DNA of 64,000 nucleotides from an uncultured Ignatzschineria sp. (GCA_945639195.1 CALZEE010000007.1:87210-151209); one strand, 5' to 3'; shown: positions 1 through 9,397, counted from the first letter of the stretch. The notes: a model not told the origin generated them from the sequence alone. A program made the numbers and translations.

Positions 1-176
1 CTGTTCCTATGAAGTCAAAAGCAGAGAAACGCGCGTTTAAAGAGAAAAGACGTGAAGCACAAGCGATTGTGGAAGCAGAAGCTGTTGAAAAGGGGCAGTA
101 TAGTGAAGCGAGTAAGATTATTACAAGTCTCGCTACGCATTTAGAACAATATGAGAGTCGTCGTGGAAGATTTTGA
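1..176 (+). CDS. 3' end of an upstream ORF entering the window. Lys/Glu-rich C-terminus, unrecognised and not RecA-like. Overlaps the recX start by 26 bp in another frame.
   Basis: Frame 3 is open from the window edge to TGA at 174-176. Translation: ...KSKAEKRAFKEKRREAQAIVEAEAVEKGQYSEASKIITSLATHLEQYESRRGRF. No family recognised. Confidence 0.2.
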   Translation, partial: VPMKSKAEKRAFKEKRREAQAIVEAEAVEKGQYSEASKIITSLATHLEQYESRRGRF

Positions 177-672
177 TAACGAACCGATTGCCGAATGGGG
201 CGAAACATTAGAAGACCTCATTGCTGACGCTGCAATAGAACCTATTGTAGATGCCGCCAAAGTGGAAGCCGAGCGTTTAAAACTTTGGCGTTATTGGCGT
301 GAGCGAGGAATGAATTTTCTAGTGAGGCGAGAGCATAGTGAAGTAGAGCTTCGGCAAAAGCTTCGTTTACGAGAGTGTCCTGCTGATCTGTTAGAGGAAA
401 TTATTGCGTGGTTTTATGAGCGGAAATATCTCTCTCTAGAGCGTTTTGCCTATAGTTATGCCAAAAATAGGGCAGACTTAGGATATGGCCCTATTAAGAT
501 ACGTTATGAGCTATCGAGTCAACATCAGGTTTCAGATCGAGATATTGGTCTTGCCTTTGAGGAGATTGATTGGGGGCGAGCGAGAGCGACGGCAGAACGA
601 AAAATACGTCAAACAGATCCCGTTAAATATCGTGCAGCACTCTATCGTCGAGGTTTCTCATACGAAGATTAA
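151..672 (+). CDS. recX: Recombination regulator RecX
   Basis: 173 aa. REHSEVELRQKL and GYGPIKIRYELSSQ align with E. coli RecX REHSEQELRRKL and GYGPARIRQELNQKG. Length is typical. Confidence 0.85.
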   Translation: MRVVVEDFDNEPIAEWGETLEDLIADAAIEPIVDAAKVEAERLKLWRYWRERGMNFLVRREHSEVELRQKLRLRECPADLLEEIIAWFYERKYLSLERFAYSYAKNRADLGYGPIKIRYELSSQHQVSDRDIGLAFEEIDWGRARATAERKIRQTDPVKYRAALYRRGFSYED

Positions 673-827
673 AATGGAAGATGCTTAAGCCATTGATATT
701 TGTATTTCAATGACTTAATGCATGGAATCAACTTAAATCTGTATGCTTTTGATCTAACTTCCCTCCTTCCTATAAATTCAAGGTATAATAGTGCCAAATA
801 TTTTGACCTAAATTTAGAGGAAGAAAC

Positions 828-3800
828 ATGGCATTAGATGAGCAGTTGCAACAGTATGGCTTGAGCTTTAAGGATCTCCAGAGCCGCGAGGGTTTAGTTG
901 AGGTTGATACCCTTTTCCAACAACTATTACCGGAAGAAGTCTTACAAACTTTCTTACAGTGGAGACGTGGTGAGACCAGCTTTACAGCAATTGAAGAGTC
1001 TGAGTTTCAGATCGAATTAGGAAAATATGTAAATACCTTCGTCTCTAAGCTCTTTGGGCTTGAGAACGAAACAGAATTCTTGATTGATCGTGCCACACGT
1101 TATGAAACCTTGATGTTATTTAAGGCGCAATTTATCCAACGAGGCGCAAAACGTTATCGACAAGCGATTGAAGGTGACTTTGCAACGCACCATGCCGCAC
1201 TTTTAGCAAAAATCGGTGTGAGTGATGACGATCCTGCGTTAGAAGCTAAAATTGCCAAATACGCTTTAAAGCTCAATGCAGAAACAGATGCAACTGAGAT
1301 CGAAGCGATTCATCAGTGGGGATCTTTAGCTGAATCTGATCCTGTTGGCCAAGCGCGAGTGCAAGATTGGATTACTTTTAAATTCCCGGCAAGACTTGAT
1401 TTTGATAATCTTGTGGGCACAAAAGAAGCAACTTTCCAAGGCATTCCTGTCAAAGTAGGCACGAATCCGCTTCGTCATCGTGATGGTTTTGATCTGACAG
1501 ATAAGCGCATGGATCGTTACGAGATCGCGAGCGAAATTGAATATTGTAAGTATTGTCATGATCATGATGGTGACTTCTGTAGTACGGGCTTCCCTGTTAA
1601 GAAGGGCGATCCGGCACAAGGATTCCGTAAGAATCCCTTTAATGAAACATTAAGTGGCTGCCCACTTGATGAGATGATTTCAGAAATGCAGCGTCTTGAG
1701 AAAGATGGTTTATCAATTGGTTCACTTGCGATCACAATGGTCGAAAATCCAATGGTACCGGCAACAGGTCATCGTATCTGTAATGATTGTATGAAGTCAT
1801 GTATCTATCAGCGCGCAGAACCGGTCAATATCCCTCAAATTGAGACAGGCGTTTTATCAACGGTATTAGATCTTCCTTATGGGGTTGAGATTTACAACCT
1901 TCTTGCAAAATGGAATCCATTAAAGCCTGTCGACTATCTTCCTGCACCAGAAAATGGCCGTAAAGTATTGGTTGCCGGAATGGGACCTGCGGGCTTCACG
2001 ATGACGCATTATCTTGCTCAACAAGGGTGTCATGTTGTCGGGATTGATGGTTTGAAAATCGAACCGCTTCCAGAATCCGTCTTAACACAGCCGATTGAGC
2101 GATGGTCAGACTTAGAAGAGAATCTTGGGGATCGTATCCTTGCAGGTTTCGGGGGTGTTGCGGAGTATGGTATTACCGTTCGTTGGGATAAAAACTTCCT
2201 CAAACTCATCTACTTAACGCTTGCACGTCGTCAAAATGTTGAAGTTTACGGCGGGGTACGCTTGGGCGGTACTTTAACGTTAGATGATGCCTTTGATCTT
2301 GGGTTTGATCACGTTTCGCTTGCTGTTGGCGCAGGTCTTCCACGCGTCTTGAAGATTGATAATTCACTTGCAAAAGGGATGAAACAAGCTTCTGACTTCC
2401 TGATGGCTATGCAGCTTACAGGCGCGGCTAAAGATACTTCAATTGCGAACTTGCAAGTAAGATTGCCGGCAGTGGTCATTGGGGGCGGTTTAACTGCGAT
2501 TGATACCGCGACAGAAGTACAAGCGTACTATATTAAACAAGTTGAAAAAACCCTTCGCCGTGTAGAAGTATTGGGCGAAGCAAAAATCCGTGAAAATCTC
2601 TCACCAGAAGATGATGAGACGCTTACAGAATTCTTGAATCATGGTTTAGAAGTTCGTGCAGAGCGTGAGCGTGCAGCCGCATTAGGCATTGATCCTGACT
2701 TTAACGCACTCATTCAAAAATGGGGCGGAGTGATGATTGCTTATCGCCGTACGATGCAGGAATCTCCGGCATATACGCTTAATCATGAAGAGGTTACAAA
2801 AGCCTTTGAAGAGGGCATTCACTTTGGAGAAGAGCTCAACCCATTAGGCGTTGAACTGGATCAATTTGGTCATGTAAAAGCGATTCGCTTCACAAAATCA
2901 GGCGAAGAAGAAGTCACGGTTCCAGCGCGTGCGGTACTTGTTGCGGCAGGTACATCGCCTAATACCATTTATGGTACCGAATACCCAGGATCTCTTGAAA
3001 TTGAAGAGAAGCACCATTTCCAAGGATATGATCTTGAGGGTAATCTTGTACCGTTTAACTGGGGTACTAATAATAAAGAATCATTTGCACCGTTTACTTC
3101 ATTTAGACGCGGTGAAAAACGAGTATCTTACATTGGTGACACGCATCCCGTCTTTAACGGCAACGTGGTAAAAGCGATTGCGAGTGCGAAGAAATCATCA
3201 CGCTTCATTATGGAAGCGTTAGATCGTCTTCCTGAAAATACGCTTGCGAATGAAGATCTCTCTTTAACCATGCAAAATGGTTTAACGGCGACGATCCAAT
3301 CGATCGATGCTTCTAACCCAACCGTTTGTGAAGTGTGGGTAAAAGCGCCGATGGCTGCGAAAAACTTCAAGCCAGGGCAATTCTTTAGAATGCAGACGTT
3401 TGAAACAGGGAGTGAAATTGTAGATGGCACGCGCTTACAGATCCCGCTTCTTACGGTATCAGGTACGGGTTCAACAGATGATGCGATTCGCCTTTTAGTA
3501 TTCCAATGGGGAACAGGACAACGCCTTATTCCTTCATTAAAACCGGGCGATAAAGTTGTCTTAGCCGGCCCAACAGGAGCGCCAACAGATCTGCCATCTG
3601 GTAAAACTATTCTAGTTGTTGCTGGTCGTTGGGGCGCTGCGGTGATGCTCGATATCGGTTTTGCTCTGAGAAGTGCCGGTAATAAGGTGATTTACCTTGC
3701 GGCGATGGGCTCTAAAAATGATGTAGACCATATGGATGAGCTCGAAGAGGGCGCAGATCAAATCATCTGGGCGGTTGGTAAAGGTGATCCGATTGAAGCA

Positions 3801-4247
3801 AGACGCCCACAAGATCATTCAGTTGTTGAGTGGGATGTGATTAAACTTATCAATGAGCTTGATGATCAAGGCATTGTCGATATGAGTAAAGTCGATCGCT
3901 TAATGGCAATGGGTTCAACAGGAATGCTTAAAGGCTTCCAGAAAGAGCTCTCAGAAGGGGGCACATTACAACCACGCTTTAAAGAAGATGTGCATGTAAC
4001 GGGAACCATTGGTAGCCCAATGCAATGTATGATGAAAGGGGTGTGTGGTCAGTGTCTACAGTGGCAGATTGATCCGGCAACAGGCGAAAGAACAAAAGCG
4101 GTCTTTACCTGTTCTCAGCAAGATCAAGTTCTTAAAAATGTAGACCTTGATAACCTCACGGCACGTACAAGCCAAAACCGATTACCAGATATCATCTCAT
4201 CACATTGGTTAAGTCATGTGCTTGAAGAGAAGAAAAAATCAGAGTAA
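828..4247 (+). CDS. Large fused Fe-S/FAD oxidoreductase. It has a GltD (glutamate synthase small subunit)-like 4Fe-4S plus FAD/NAD(P)-binding core, a C-terminal PyrK/FNR-like domain ending in a 2Fe-2S Cys motif, and a roughly 230-aa N-terminal extension of unknown function.
   Basis: 1139 aa. Cys cluster CKYCHDHDGDFCSTG...GCPLDEM...ICNDCMKSC. Dinucleotide-binding VLVAGMGPAGFT and VVIGGGLTAIDTA. C-terminal CMMKGVCGQCLQWQIDP...FTCSQQD resembles the PyrK/NfnA 2Fe-2S motif. RBS GAGGAAGAAAC precedes the ATG. Confidence 0.7.
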   Translation: MALDEQLQQYGLSFKDLQSREGLVEVDTLFQQLLPEEVLQTFLQWRRGETSFTAIEESEFQIELGKYVNTFVSKLFGLENETEFLIDRATRYETLMLFKAQFIQRGAKRYRQAIEGDFATHHAALLAKIGVSDDDPALEAKIAKYALKLNAETDATEIEAIHQWGSLAESDPVGQARVQDWITFKFPARLDFDNLVGTKEATFQGIPVKVGTNPLRHRDGFDLTDKRMDRYEIASEIEYCKYCHDHDGDFCSTGFPVKKGDPAQGFRKNPFNETLSGCPLDEMISEMQRLEKDGLSIGSLAITMVENPMVPATGHRICNDCMKSCIYQRAEPVNIPQIETGVLSTVLDLPYGVEIYNLLAKWNPLKPVDYLPAPENGRKVLVAGMGPAGFTMTHYLAQQGCHVVGIDGLKIEPLPESVLTQPIERWSDLEENLGDRILAGFGGVAEYGITVRWDKNFLKLIYLTLARRQNVEVYGGVRLGGTLTLDDAFDLGFDHVSLAVGAGLPRVLKIDNSLAKGMKQASDFLMAMQLTGAAKDTSIANLQVRLPAVVIGGGLTAIDTATEVQAYYIKQVEKTLRRVEVLGEAKIRENLSPEDDETLTEFLNHGLEVRAERERAAALGIDPDFNALIQKWGGVMIAYRRTMQESPAYTLNHEEVTKAFEEGIHFGEELNPLGVELDQFGHVKAIRFTKSGEEEVTVPARAVLVAAGTSPNTIYGTEYPGSLEIEEKHHFQGYDLEGNLVPFNWGTNNKESFAPFTSFRRGEKRVSYIGDTHPVFNGNVVKAIASAKKSSRFIMEALDRLPENTLANEDLSLTMQNGLTATIQSIDASNPTVCEVWVKAPMAAKNFKPGQFFRMQTFETGSEIVDGTRLQIPLLTVSGTGSTDDAIRLLVFQWGTGQRLIPSLKPGDKVVLAGPTGAPTDLPSGKTILVVAGRWGAAVMLDIGFALRSAGNKVIYLAAMGSKNDVDHMDELEEGADQIIWAVGKGDPIEARRPQDHSVVEWDVIKLINELDDQGIVDMSKVDRLMAMGSTGMLKGFQKELSEGGTLQPRFKEDVHVTGTIGSPMQCMMKGVCGQCLQWQIDPATGERTKAVFTCSQQDQVLKNVDLDNLTARTSQNRLPDIISSHWLSHVLEEKKKSE

Positions 4248-4291
4248 TTGAATTGCCGGCATTAGTGCGGTAGTTAAGTATTATAAAGAGA

Positions 4292-4319
4292 GCCTCAACA
4301 GCGATGTTGGGGCTTTTTG
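4292..4319 (+). terminator. Rho-independent terminator after the oxidoreductase gene
   Basis: Hairpin GCCTCAACA-GCGA-TGTTGGGGC followed by TTTTTG. Confidence 0.55.
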
Positions 4320-4339
4320 TATCTGAGGGAAACGATCGT

Positions 4340-4646
4340 ATTAAACGCACTTGCATGGCGTCGGATTTAACGATTGTTGTGCTTCTCTAATCTAGCTCGC
4401 CGACTTTTAAAAGCGACTGGCTTTTAATCTGCTGGCGCGAGAGTGCCGGAAAACCGTACCCATTCGATCCAGCTTTGAGAATGCCGGGAAATTCACGCAT
4501 TAAACGCACTTACATGGAGTCGGATTTAACGATTGTTGTGCTTCTCTGATTCGGCTCGCCGACTTGTAAAAACTACTGGCTTTTAATCTACTGGCGCGAG
4601 ATTTTTGGAAAACTGCAAGTATTCGCCCCAGCTTTGAGAATGCCGG
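4340..4646. repeat. Two-copy tandem direct repeat with a period of about 159 bp and roughly 85% identity. It is non-coding and each unit holds an imperfect hairpin (GTCGG...CCGAC).
   Basis: Copy 1 spans 4340-4486 and copy 2 spans 4499-4646. Both run ATTAAACGCACTTRCATGGMGTCGGATTTAACGATTGTTGTGCTTCTCT...CTGGCTTTTAATCTRCTGGCGCGAG...CCAGCTTTGAGAATGCCGG. Confidence 0.8.
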
Positions 4647-4663
4647 AAGAAACATCGACGACC

Positions 4664-4975
4664 CTAAAACGCTTCGAGCTTAATCACATCATATGCCGGC
4701 ACTTCGTAAGGATGTGCGGACTTCATGGCATTCACCGCTGCTTGGATAAGAGTGGTTTCAATAATCATCTCTACACGCCATTCAGGGACTTTTTTCACTT
4801 CATCAATCGTGCCAGAATAAGGGTTGCTGCCCGGAAGGGGTTTGAATTGACCATCCCCGAGAACTTGCCATGCACAGTGAGAGTAGCTCCCAATTTGACC
4901 GCCGCCGACACTAAAAATAGCTTCTTTCACAGATTCAACATGCGAGTCTGGTACAAAAAATATGAATTTATACAT
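4664..4975 (-). CDS. Small conserved hypothetical protein of 103 aa. Family not recognised with confidence.
   Basis: ATG at 4973-4975 with RBS GGAGC. Product: MYKFIFFVPDSHVESVKEAIFSVGGGQIGSYSHCAWQVLGDGQFKP... The annotated TTG-extended ORF and the + strand antisense ORF 4634-5011 are less plausible. Confidence 0.45.
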   Translation of the reverse strand: MYKFIFFVPDSHVESVKEAIFSVGGGQIGSYSHCAWQVLGDGQFKPLPGSNPYSGTIDEVKKVPEWRVEMIIETTLIQAAVNAMKSAHPYEVPAYDVIKLEAF

Positions 4976-5040
4976 CTTTGCTCCTACTTCGGTAAAATAG
5001 ATCAATATTGAAGATCTATCATAAACGAGAGGGGATTTTA

Positions 5041-5430
5041 ATGAAACGATTGCTTTTACTCAGTGCCGGGGCGCTCCTGTTAACGGCTTGTGCGTCGAGT
5101 GTTCCTGCTAAAAATCAGGTAACTCTCATCGTTGCCTCAGCCCAAACGAATTGTGTGGGAGTTGTGCCGCAAAAATGCCTTTTGGTCAAAGAAGATGCTT
5201 CTGAAAACGCATGGCAATATTTCTATAGCAATATCGAGGGCTTTGAGTATCAGCCAGGATATGAATATACCCTTAAGATCGAAAAGATCGCTCGTGAACA
5301 GGTTGCAATGGATCAATCATCGATTATTTACCGCTTAGTGAGAGTTGAGCAAAAAGCTCAACGACAATCGGATAATCTTCCGCGTGTGTTGAGTATGACA
5401 ACGCTCACGCCGGCAATGCGACAAAGGTAA
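5041..5430 (+). CDS. Lipoprotein of about 130 aa with a two-Cys motif, possibly DUF4377-like. Function unknown.
   Basis: RBS GAGAGGGG sits 5 nt upstream. Signal peptide with lipobox MKRLLLLSAGALLLTAC. Motifs NCVGVVPQKCLLVK and FEYQPGYEYTLKIEKI. Confidence 0.55.
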   Translation: MKRLLLLSAGALLLTACASSVPAKNQVTLIVASAQTNCVGVVPQKCLLVKEDASENAWQYFYSNIEGFEYQPGYEYTLKIEKIAREQVAMDQSSIIYRLVRVEQKAQRQSDNLPRVLSMTTLTPAMRQR

Positions 5431-5433
5431 TGA

Positions 5434-6093
5434 ATGGAGTTTTATTATAATCCCCCGATAGCGCCTTGGCTCAATATCCTCTATCAAGATGAAGAGATTA
5501 TGGTGGTGAATAAACCCGCCGAGCTTCTCTCCGTGCCGGGAAAAGGGGCAGAGCTTCATGATAGCGTGATTAGCCGTGTGCAGTGGGAATTTCCGATTGC
5601 CGAAACGGTGCATCGCCTCGATATGTCGACAAGCGGAATCTTAGTCATTGCCCTTACAAAAGATGCCGAGAGAGAACTTAAGCGACAATTTCGAGAGCGG
5701 GAAACATCAAAGCGTTATATTGCTGATGTCTGGGGAATAATGCCGGAAGATGAAGGGATCATTAATCTCCCATTAATTTGTGATTGGCCCAATCGCCCGA
5801 AACAGATGGTTTGCTATGAGCGCGGTAAAGAAGCGATTACGGAATATCGCGTTTTACTGCGAGATGAGAAGCATCACTTTACACGTGTTGAGCTCACACC
5901 GATTACCGGCAGATCCCACCAATTACGCGTACATCTCTTATCATTGGGGCATGTCATTCTTGGGGATCGTTTCTATGCGCATCCCGACGCGCTTATCGCC
6001 AGAGATCGTTTAGCGCTTCACGCAAGCGAGTTGGGATTTACGCATCCCAAAAGTGGTGAGTTTATGCAGTTTAAGGTGCCGTGTGACTTTTAA
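5434..6093 (+). CDS. rluA: rRNA/tRNA pseudouridine synthase A
   Basis: 219 aa, the same length as E. coli RluA. Near-identical blocks include ILYQDEEIMVVNKP, HRLDMSTSG, LKRQFRERE, LPLICDWPNRPKQ and ITGRSHQLRVH. Confidence 0.9.
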   Translation: MEFYYNPPIAPWLNILYQDEEIMVVNKPAELLSVPGKGAELHDSVISRVQWEFPIAETVHRLDMSTSGILVIALTKDAERELKRQFRERETSKRYIADVWGIMPEDEGIINLPLICDWPNRPKQMVCYERGKEAITEYRVLLRDEKHHFTRVELTPITGRSHQLRVHLLSLGHVILGDRFYAHPDALIARDRLALHASELGFTHPKSGEFMQFKVPCDF

Positions 6094-6314
6094 TAAGGGC
6101 TTTCTCTTCCTCTTTATTATATTAAAGTTATAATTGTTTTTAAGGGTGAAAGTGATGGATTATTGCATAATCCGGTTAGCTTTATCTTTTAATCAGTATT
6201 CATCCGGATTCAAATCATGAGTGATATCTATATCGGGGCTCGTGCTATCTTTCCTAGATATGGTCGTATTACATGTATTATTAATAGAAAAATAAAAGAG
6301 TATTAGGAGCGGTA

Positions 6315-7334
6315 ATGGCTGTGAATTTTTTTGAGCGAAAAGGAATTTCGCTCTCCCCAAGAGTTTATTTTATAGATGCTTTGAGTTATATGGCGTTGGG
6401 GCTTTTCTCATCTTTATTGATGGGGTTGATCGTAAAGACTTTAGGGCAACAACTTGGGATAGAATCCTTTGTTGAACTCGGTAGCTTTGCCATGAAGCCA
6501 GAAATTGTGGGTGGTGCGATTGGGGTAGCAATTGCCGCAAGTTTAAAGGCACCGCCATTGATTCTATTTTCTGCGGTATTTGTGGGCGCTTTTGGAAATT
6601 CACTTGGCGGGCCTGCCGGCGCGTATGTATCTGTGTTGATTGCGGTAGAATCTGCGAAGCTTATTTATAAGCTGACGCGATTAGATATTATTTTAGTACC
6701 ATTTGCGACCTTTATTGTGGGTTACTGGATTGCAAAATGGATCGGGATTCCGATTAGTGAGCTCATGAAAGGGCTCGGTGATCTGATTAACTGGTCTACA
6801 GAGCAACAACCTTTGGTGATGAGTATTTTGGTTGCGACGTTAATGGGATTAGCACTCACTGCACCGATCTCAAGTGCTGCGCTCTCCTTTATGCTTGGGC
6901 TTGATGGCTTGGCAGCGGGTGCTGCTGTCATTGGTTGTAGTGCGCAAATGATTGGTTTTGCAACGAGTAGTTATCGTGAAAATGGCTTTGGCGGTTTCTT
7001 AGCACAAGGTGTCGGGACATCGATGCTGCAGATTGCCAATATCATTAAGAATCCGCTTATTTTAATTCCGCCAACAGTCGCAGGGATGATCGCCGCGCCC
7101 ATTGGTGTTGTACTCTTTAATATGACTAATAATGCAGCGGGTGCCGGAATGGGAACGAGCGGTTTTGTTGGGCAATTTATGGCATTTGAGTCGATGGGCT
7201 TTTCTGTCACTACGGCTATTTATGTGCTTATTTGTCATTTCTTATTGCCGGCAATTGTGAGTTTTACAATCGCAAAATGGTTTTATAAAAAAGGCTGGAT
7301 TAAGCTCGGTGATATGAAGCTGAATTATGAATAG
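6315..7334 (+). CDS. Polytopic inner-membrane protein, tentatively PTS_EIIC_2-like. Function unknown.
   Basis: 339 aa, highly hydrophobic and Gly/Ala-rich with at least 8 predicted TM segments. The family assignment is from memory only. Confidence 0.45.
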   Translation: MAVNFFERKGISLSPRVYFIDALSYMALGLFSSLLMGLIVKTLGQQLGIESFVELGSFAMKPEIVGGAIGVAIAASLKAPPLILFSAVFVGAFGNSLGGPAGAYVSVLIAVESAKLIYKLTRLDIILVPFATFIVGYWIAKWIGIPISELMKGLGDLINWSTEQQPLVMSILVATLMGLALTAPISSAALSFMLGLDGLAAGAAVIGCSAQMIGFATSSYRENGFGGFLAQGVGTSMLQIANIIKNPLILIPPTVAGMIAAPIGVVLFNMTNNAAGAGMGTSGFVGQFMAFESMGFSVTTAIYVLICHFLLPAIVSFTIAKWFYKKGWIKLGDMKLNYE

Positions 7335-7646
7335 GGGATTGACCAGTAGAAGCATTTTTTCGCTTTTATTTGATGATCAAAGCCATTCAACTCTTTGAAT
7401 AAGTGATAGATTCATGTTCTTTTAAAGTCACGTTTGAATCTTGAGATGAGTTGAAATATTAATAGGACTAATTTAGTCCTATTTTAGTGCTACAGGCTTA
7501 ACTCGCTATTGTGTTACTATGAAACCTGTGCGGATATTCTCTCTGTGGGTGCTTTTCTAAAGTGGTCAGAGTGAGTATATTTAAGCAATAATTTTGCAGT
7601 CTATCTCGATAGTTTCTATCAATTCTCAATTTAAGAGGAATCAAAT

Positions 7647-8153
7647 ATGACAAACAGAACTGGCATTACAATGGGTGGTAACCCGATTACTTTAATCGGT
7701 ACAGAAGCAGTTGTTGGTGAAAAAGCAGCTGATTTTACAGTGGTGAATTTTGACTTAAAACCTGTATCACTTGATGCATTTGAAGGTAAAGTAAAAGTTA
7801 TTTCAGTGGTTCCTTCAATTGATACCGGCGTTTGTGCTATTCAAACAAAACGTTTTGAAGCAGAAGCTGCGGCATTGAAAGATACGGTTGTATTAACAAT
7901 TTCTGTAGACCTTCCTTTTGCACAAAAGCGCTTTGTAGGTGAAAACCTTATTGAAAATAATATGCTGCTTTCAGATTACCAAACACATGATTTTGGTGTG
8001 GAATATGGATTTGAGATCGAAGGATTAGCATTGCTTGCTCGTGGAATCGTTGTGATTGATAAAGACAATACGATTCGTTACGTTGAATACGTGAAAGAAG
8101 TGACCACAGAGCCAGATTACGACGCGGCAATTGCTGCAGCGAAAGCGCTTTAA
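7647..8153 (+). CDS. tpx: Thiol peroxidase (atypical 2-Cys peroxiredoxin)
   Basis: 168 aa. GGNPITL..., VVPSIDTGVCA, DLPFAQKRF and EPDYDAAIAAAKAL match E. coli Tpx across its length. Confidence 0.9.
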   Translation: MTNRTGITMGGNPITLIGTEAVVGEKAADFTVVNFDLKPVSLDAFEGKVKVISVVPSIDTGVCAIQTKRFEAEAAALKDTVVLTISVDLPFAQKRFVGENLIENNMLLSDYQTHDFGVEYGFEIEGLALLARGIVVIDKDNTIRYVEYVKEVTTEPDYDAAIAAAKAL

Positions 8154-8197
8154 TGCCTCTTTAGGTTATAGCATTTAGTAAGTATTAACATTATGAA

Positions 8198-8228
8198 GCA
8201 GTATCTCTATGAGATACTGCTTTTTTGT
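8198..8228 (+). terminator. Rho-independent terminator of tpx
   Basis: GCAGTATCTC-TAT-GAGATACTGC followed by TTTTTTT. Confidence 0.7.
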
Positions 8229-8305
8229 TGACTTCATAAAAGCAGGTAATCATGATCAGGATGATGCTTTGAGTTTTAAGGCTTAATCCGCGGATATTCA
8301 AGGTA

Positions 8306-8335
8306 CAAAAAAACGATGTCTAGGCATCGTTTTTG
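8306..8335. terminator. Bidirectional hairpin terminator. On the minus strand it serves the glutaredoxin gene.
   Basis: AAAAAAA-ACGATG-TCTAGG-CATCGT-TTTT. Confidence 0.55.
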
Positions 8336-8419
8336 TATAGATATGACCAAAGATCGATGATCTTACGGAGTGACTCATAATGAAGTTTATCGATGAGCAC
8401 ATAAAGCCGTTAAAGTACC

Positions 8420-8809
8420 TTATGAGAGATTAGATGTAAGGCTCTCTAAGTATTGATTGATTGTGTCAGATTCATACATCCAGTTCACAGAACCATCACT
8501 GTTGACGATACGAAGGCAAGGAACTTGTTTTTTGCCACCTTCATTTAGAAGTTCATTGGCAAATGTCGCATCATTTTTAGCATCGCGAAGCTCAATATTC
8601 ATATTAAGACGCTTAATTGTACGACGAACTTTTACGCAAAATGGGCACATATGATATTGATAGAGCGAGAGATTTTGCGTTTTCTCATCAACCATTTTTT
8701 GTGCTTCAGGAGAGCGTTTCACTGGGGTTGGCGCAAAAGTGCTATCAAAGAAGAGAATGGTTTTTCCAAGAATGTTACGAATAAGTCTCATAATGAATTC
8801 CTTAATCAA
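8420..8809 (-). CDS. Glutaredoxin-family protein with a CPFC active site
   Basis: 129 aa with a CPFC motif and glutaredoxin-like fold length. The start may be the internal Met at 8791. Confidence 0.65.
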   Translation of the reverse strand: MIKEFIMRLIRNILGKTILFFDSTFAPTPVKRSPEAQKMVDEKTQNLSLYQYHMCPFCVKVRRTIKRLNMNIELRDAKNDATFANELLNEGGKKQVPCLRIVNSDGSVNWMYESDTINQYLESLTSNLS

Positions 8810-8941
8810 TGAAGGTCGATCAATAACGGGTTCTAAGTTGATCGCTATTGAGGCGGGATCTAGGTAATTGGGGACAATAGTGTACCAATTATTGGGGGTA
8901 AACGGAAAAGAGATTCTGTATGGGGATTGGGTTGCTAAGGC

Positions 8942-9397
8942 TTAAGCGCGGTGATGATCTCGTAGCCAGCGATCTAAGCTATTTGTAAATAGTTGACGAT
9001 CTCTTTGTGAAAGAGGGGCAGGACCTTTGGTTTGAATGCCGCTTCCACGGAGTAATTCGTTAAAGTCACGCATGGTGAGCTTGGCGTCAATGGTGCCAAG
9101 ATCATAAAAATCGCCTCGTGGATTGAGGGCATAGCCCCCTTTATCTAAAACTTCTTTTGCGAGCGGAATGTCGGCAGTGATAATCAGATCATCTTTTTCT
9201 GTGAGTTCTACAATACGATCATCCGCAACATCAAATCCAGACATGACCTGAATCGCCTTTAAAAAAGGAGATGCTTGTAGTTGTGTGCGTTGATTGGCGA
9301 CAAAGGTCGCGGTGATTTTTTCACGAATGGCAGCTCTACAGAGAATCTCTTTGAGAACATTAGGAATAGCATCGGCATCAACGAGAATTTTAGTCAT
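8942..9397 (-). CDS. yaiI: UPF0178/DUF188 protein YaiI
   Basis: 151 aa. Matches E. coli YaiI along its length, including ILVDADA.PN, FVANQ, GFDVAD, ITADIPLA, LNPRG, LTMRDF, SGIQT.GP and LSQRDRQ. Confidence 0.85.
   Translation of the reverse strand: MTKILVDADAIPNVLKEILCRAAIREKITATFVANQRTQLQASPFLKAIQVMSGFDVADDRIVELTEKDDLIITADIPLAKEVLDKGGYALNPRGDFYDLGTIDAKLTMRDFNELLRGSGIQTKGPAPLSQRDRQLFTNSLDRWLRDHHRA

Noticed and set aside
4340-4646. Possible CRISPR array
   Set aside because: Only two units with a roughly 159-bp period, no short conserved repeat/spacer alternation, and no cas genes. It is a tandem duplication instead.
4634-5011. 125-aa + strand ORF overlapping the small conserved minus-strand gene
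   Set aside because: Entirely antisense to a better-supported ORF that has an RBS and a conserved-looking product. It has no RBS of its own and an odd composition.
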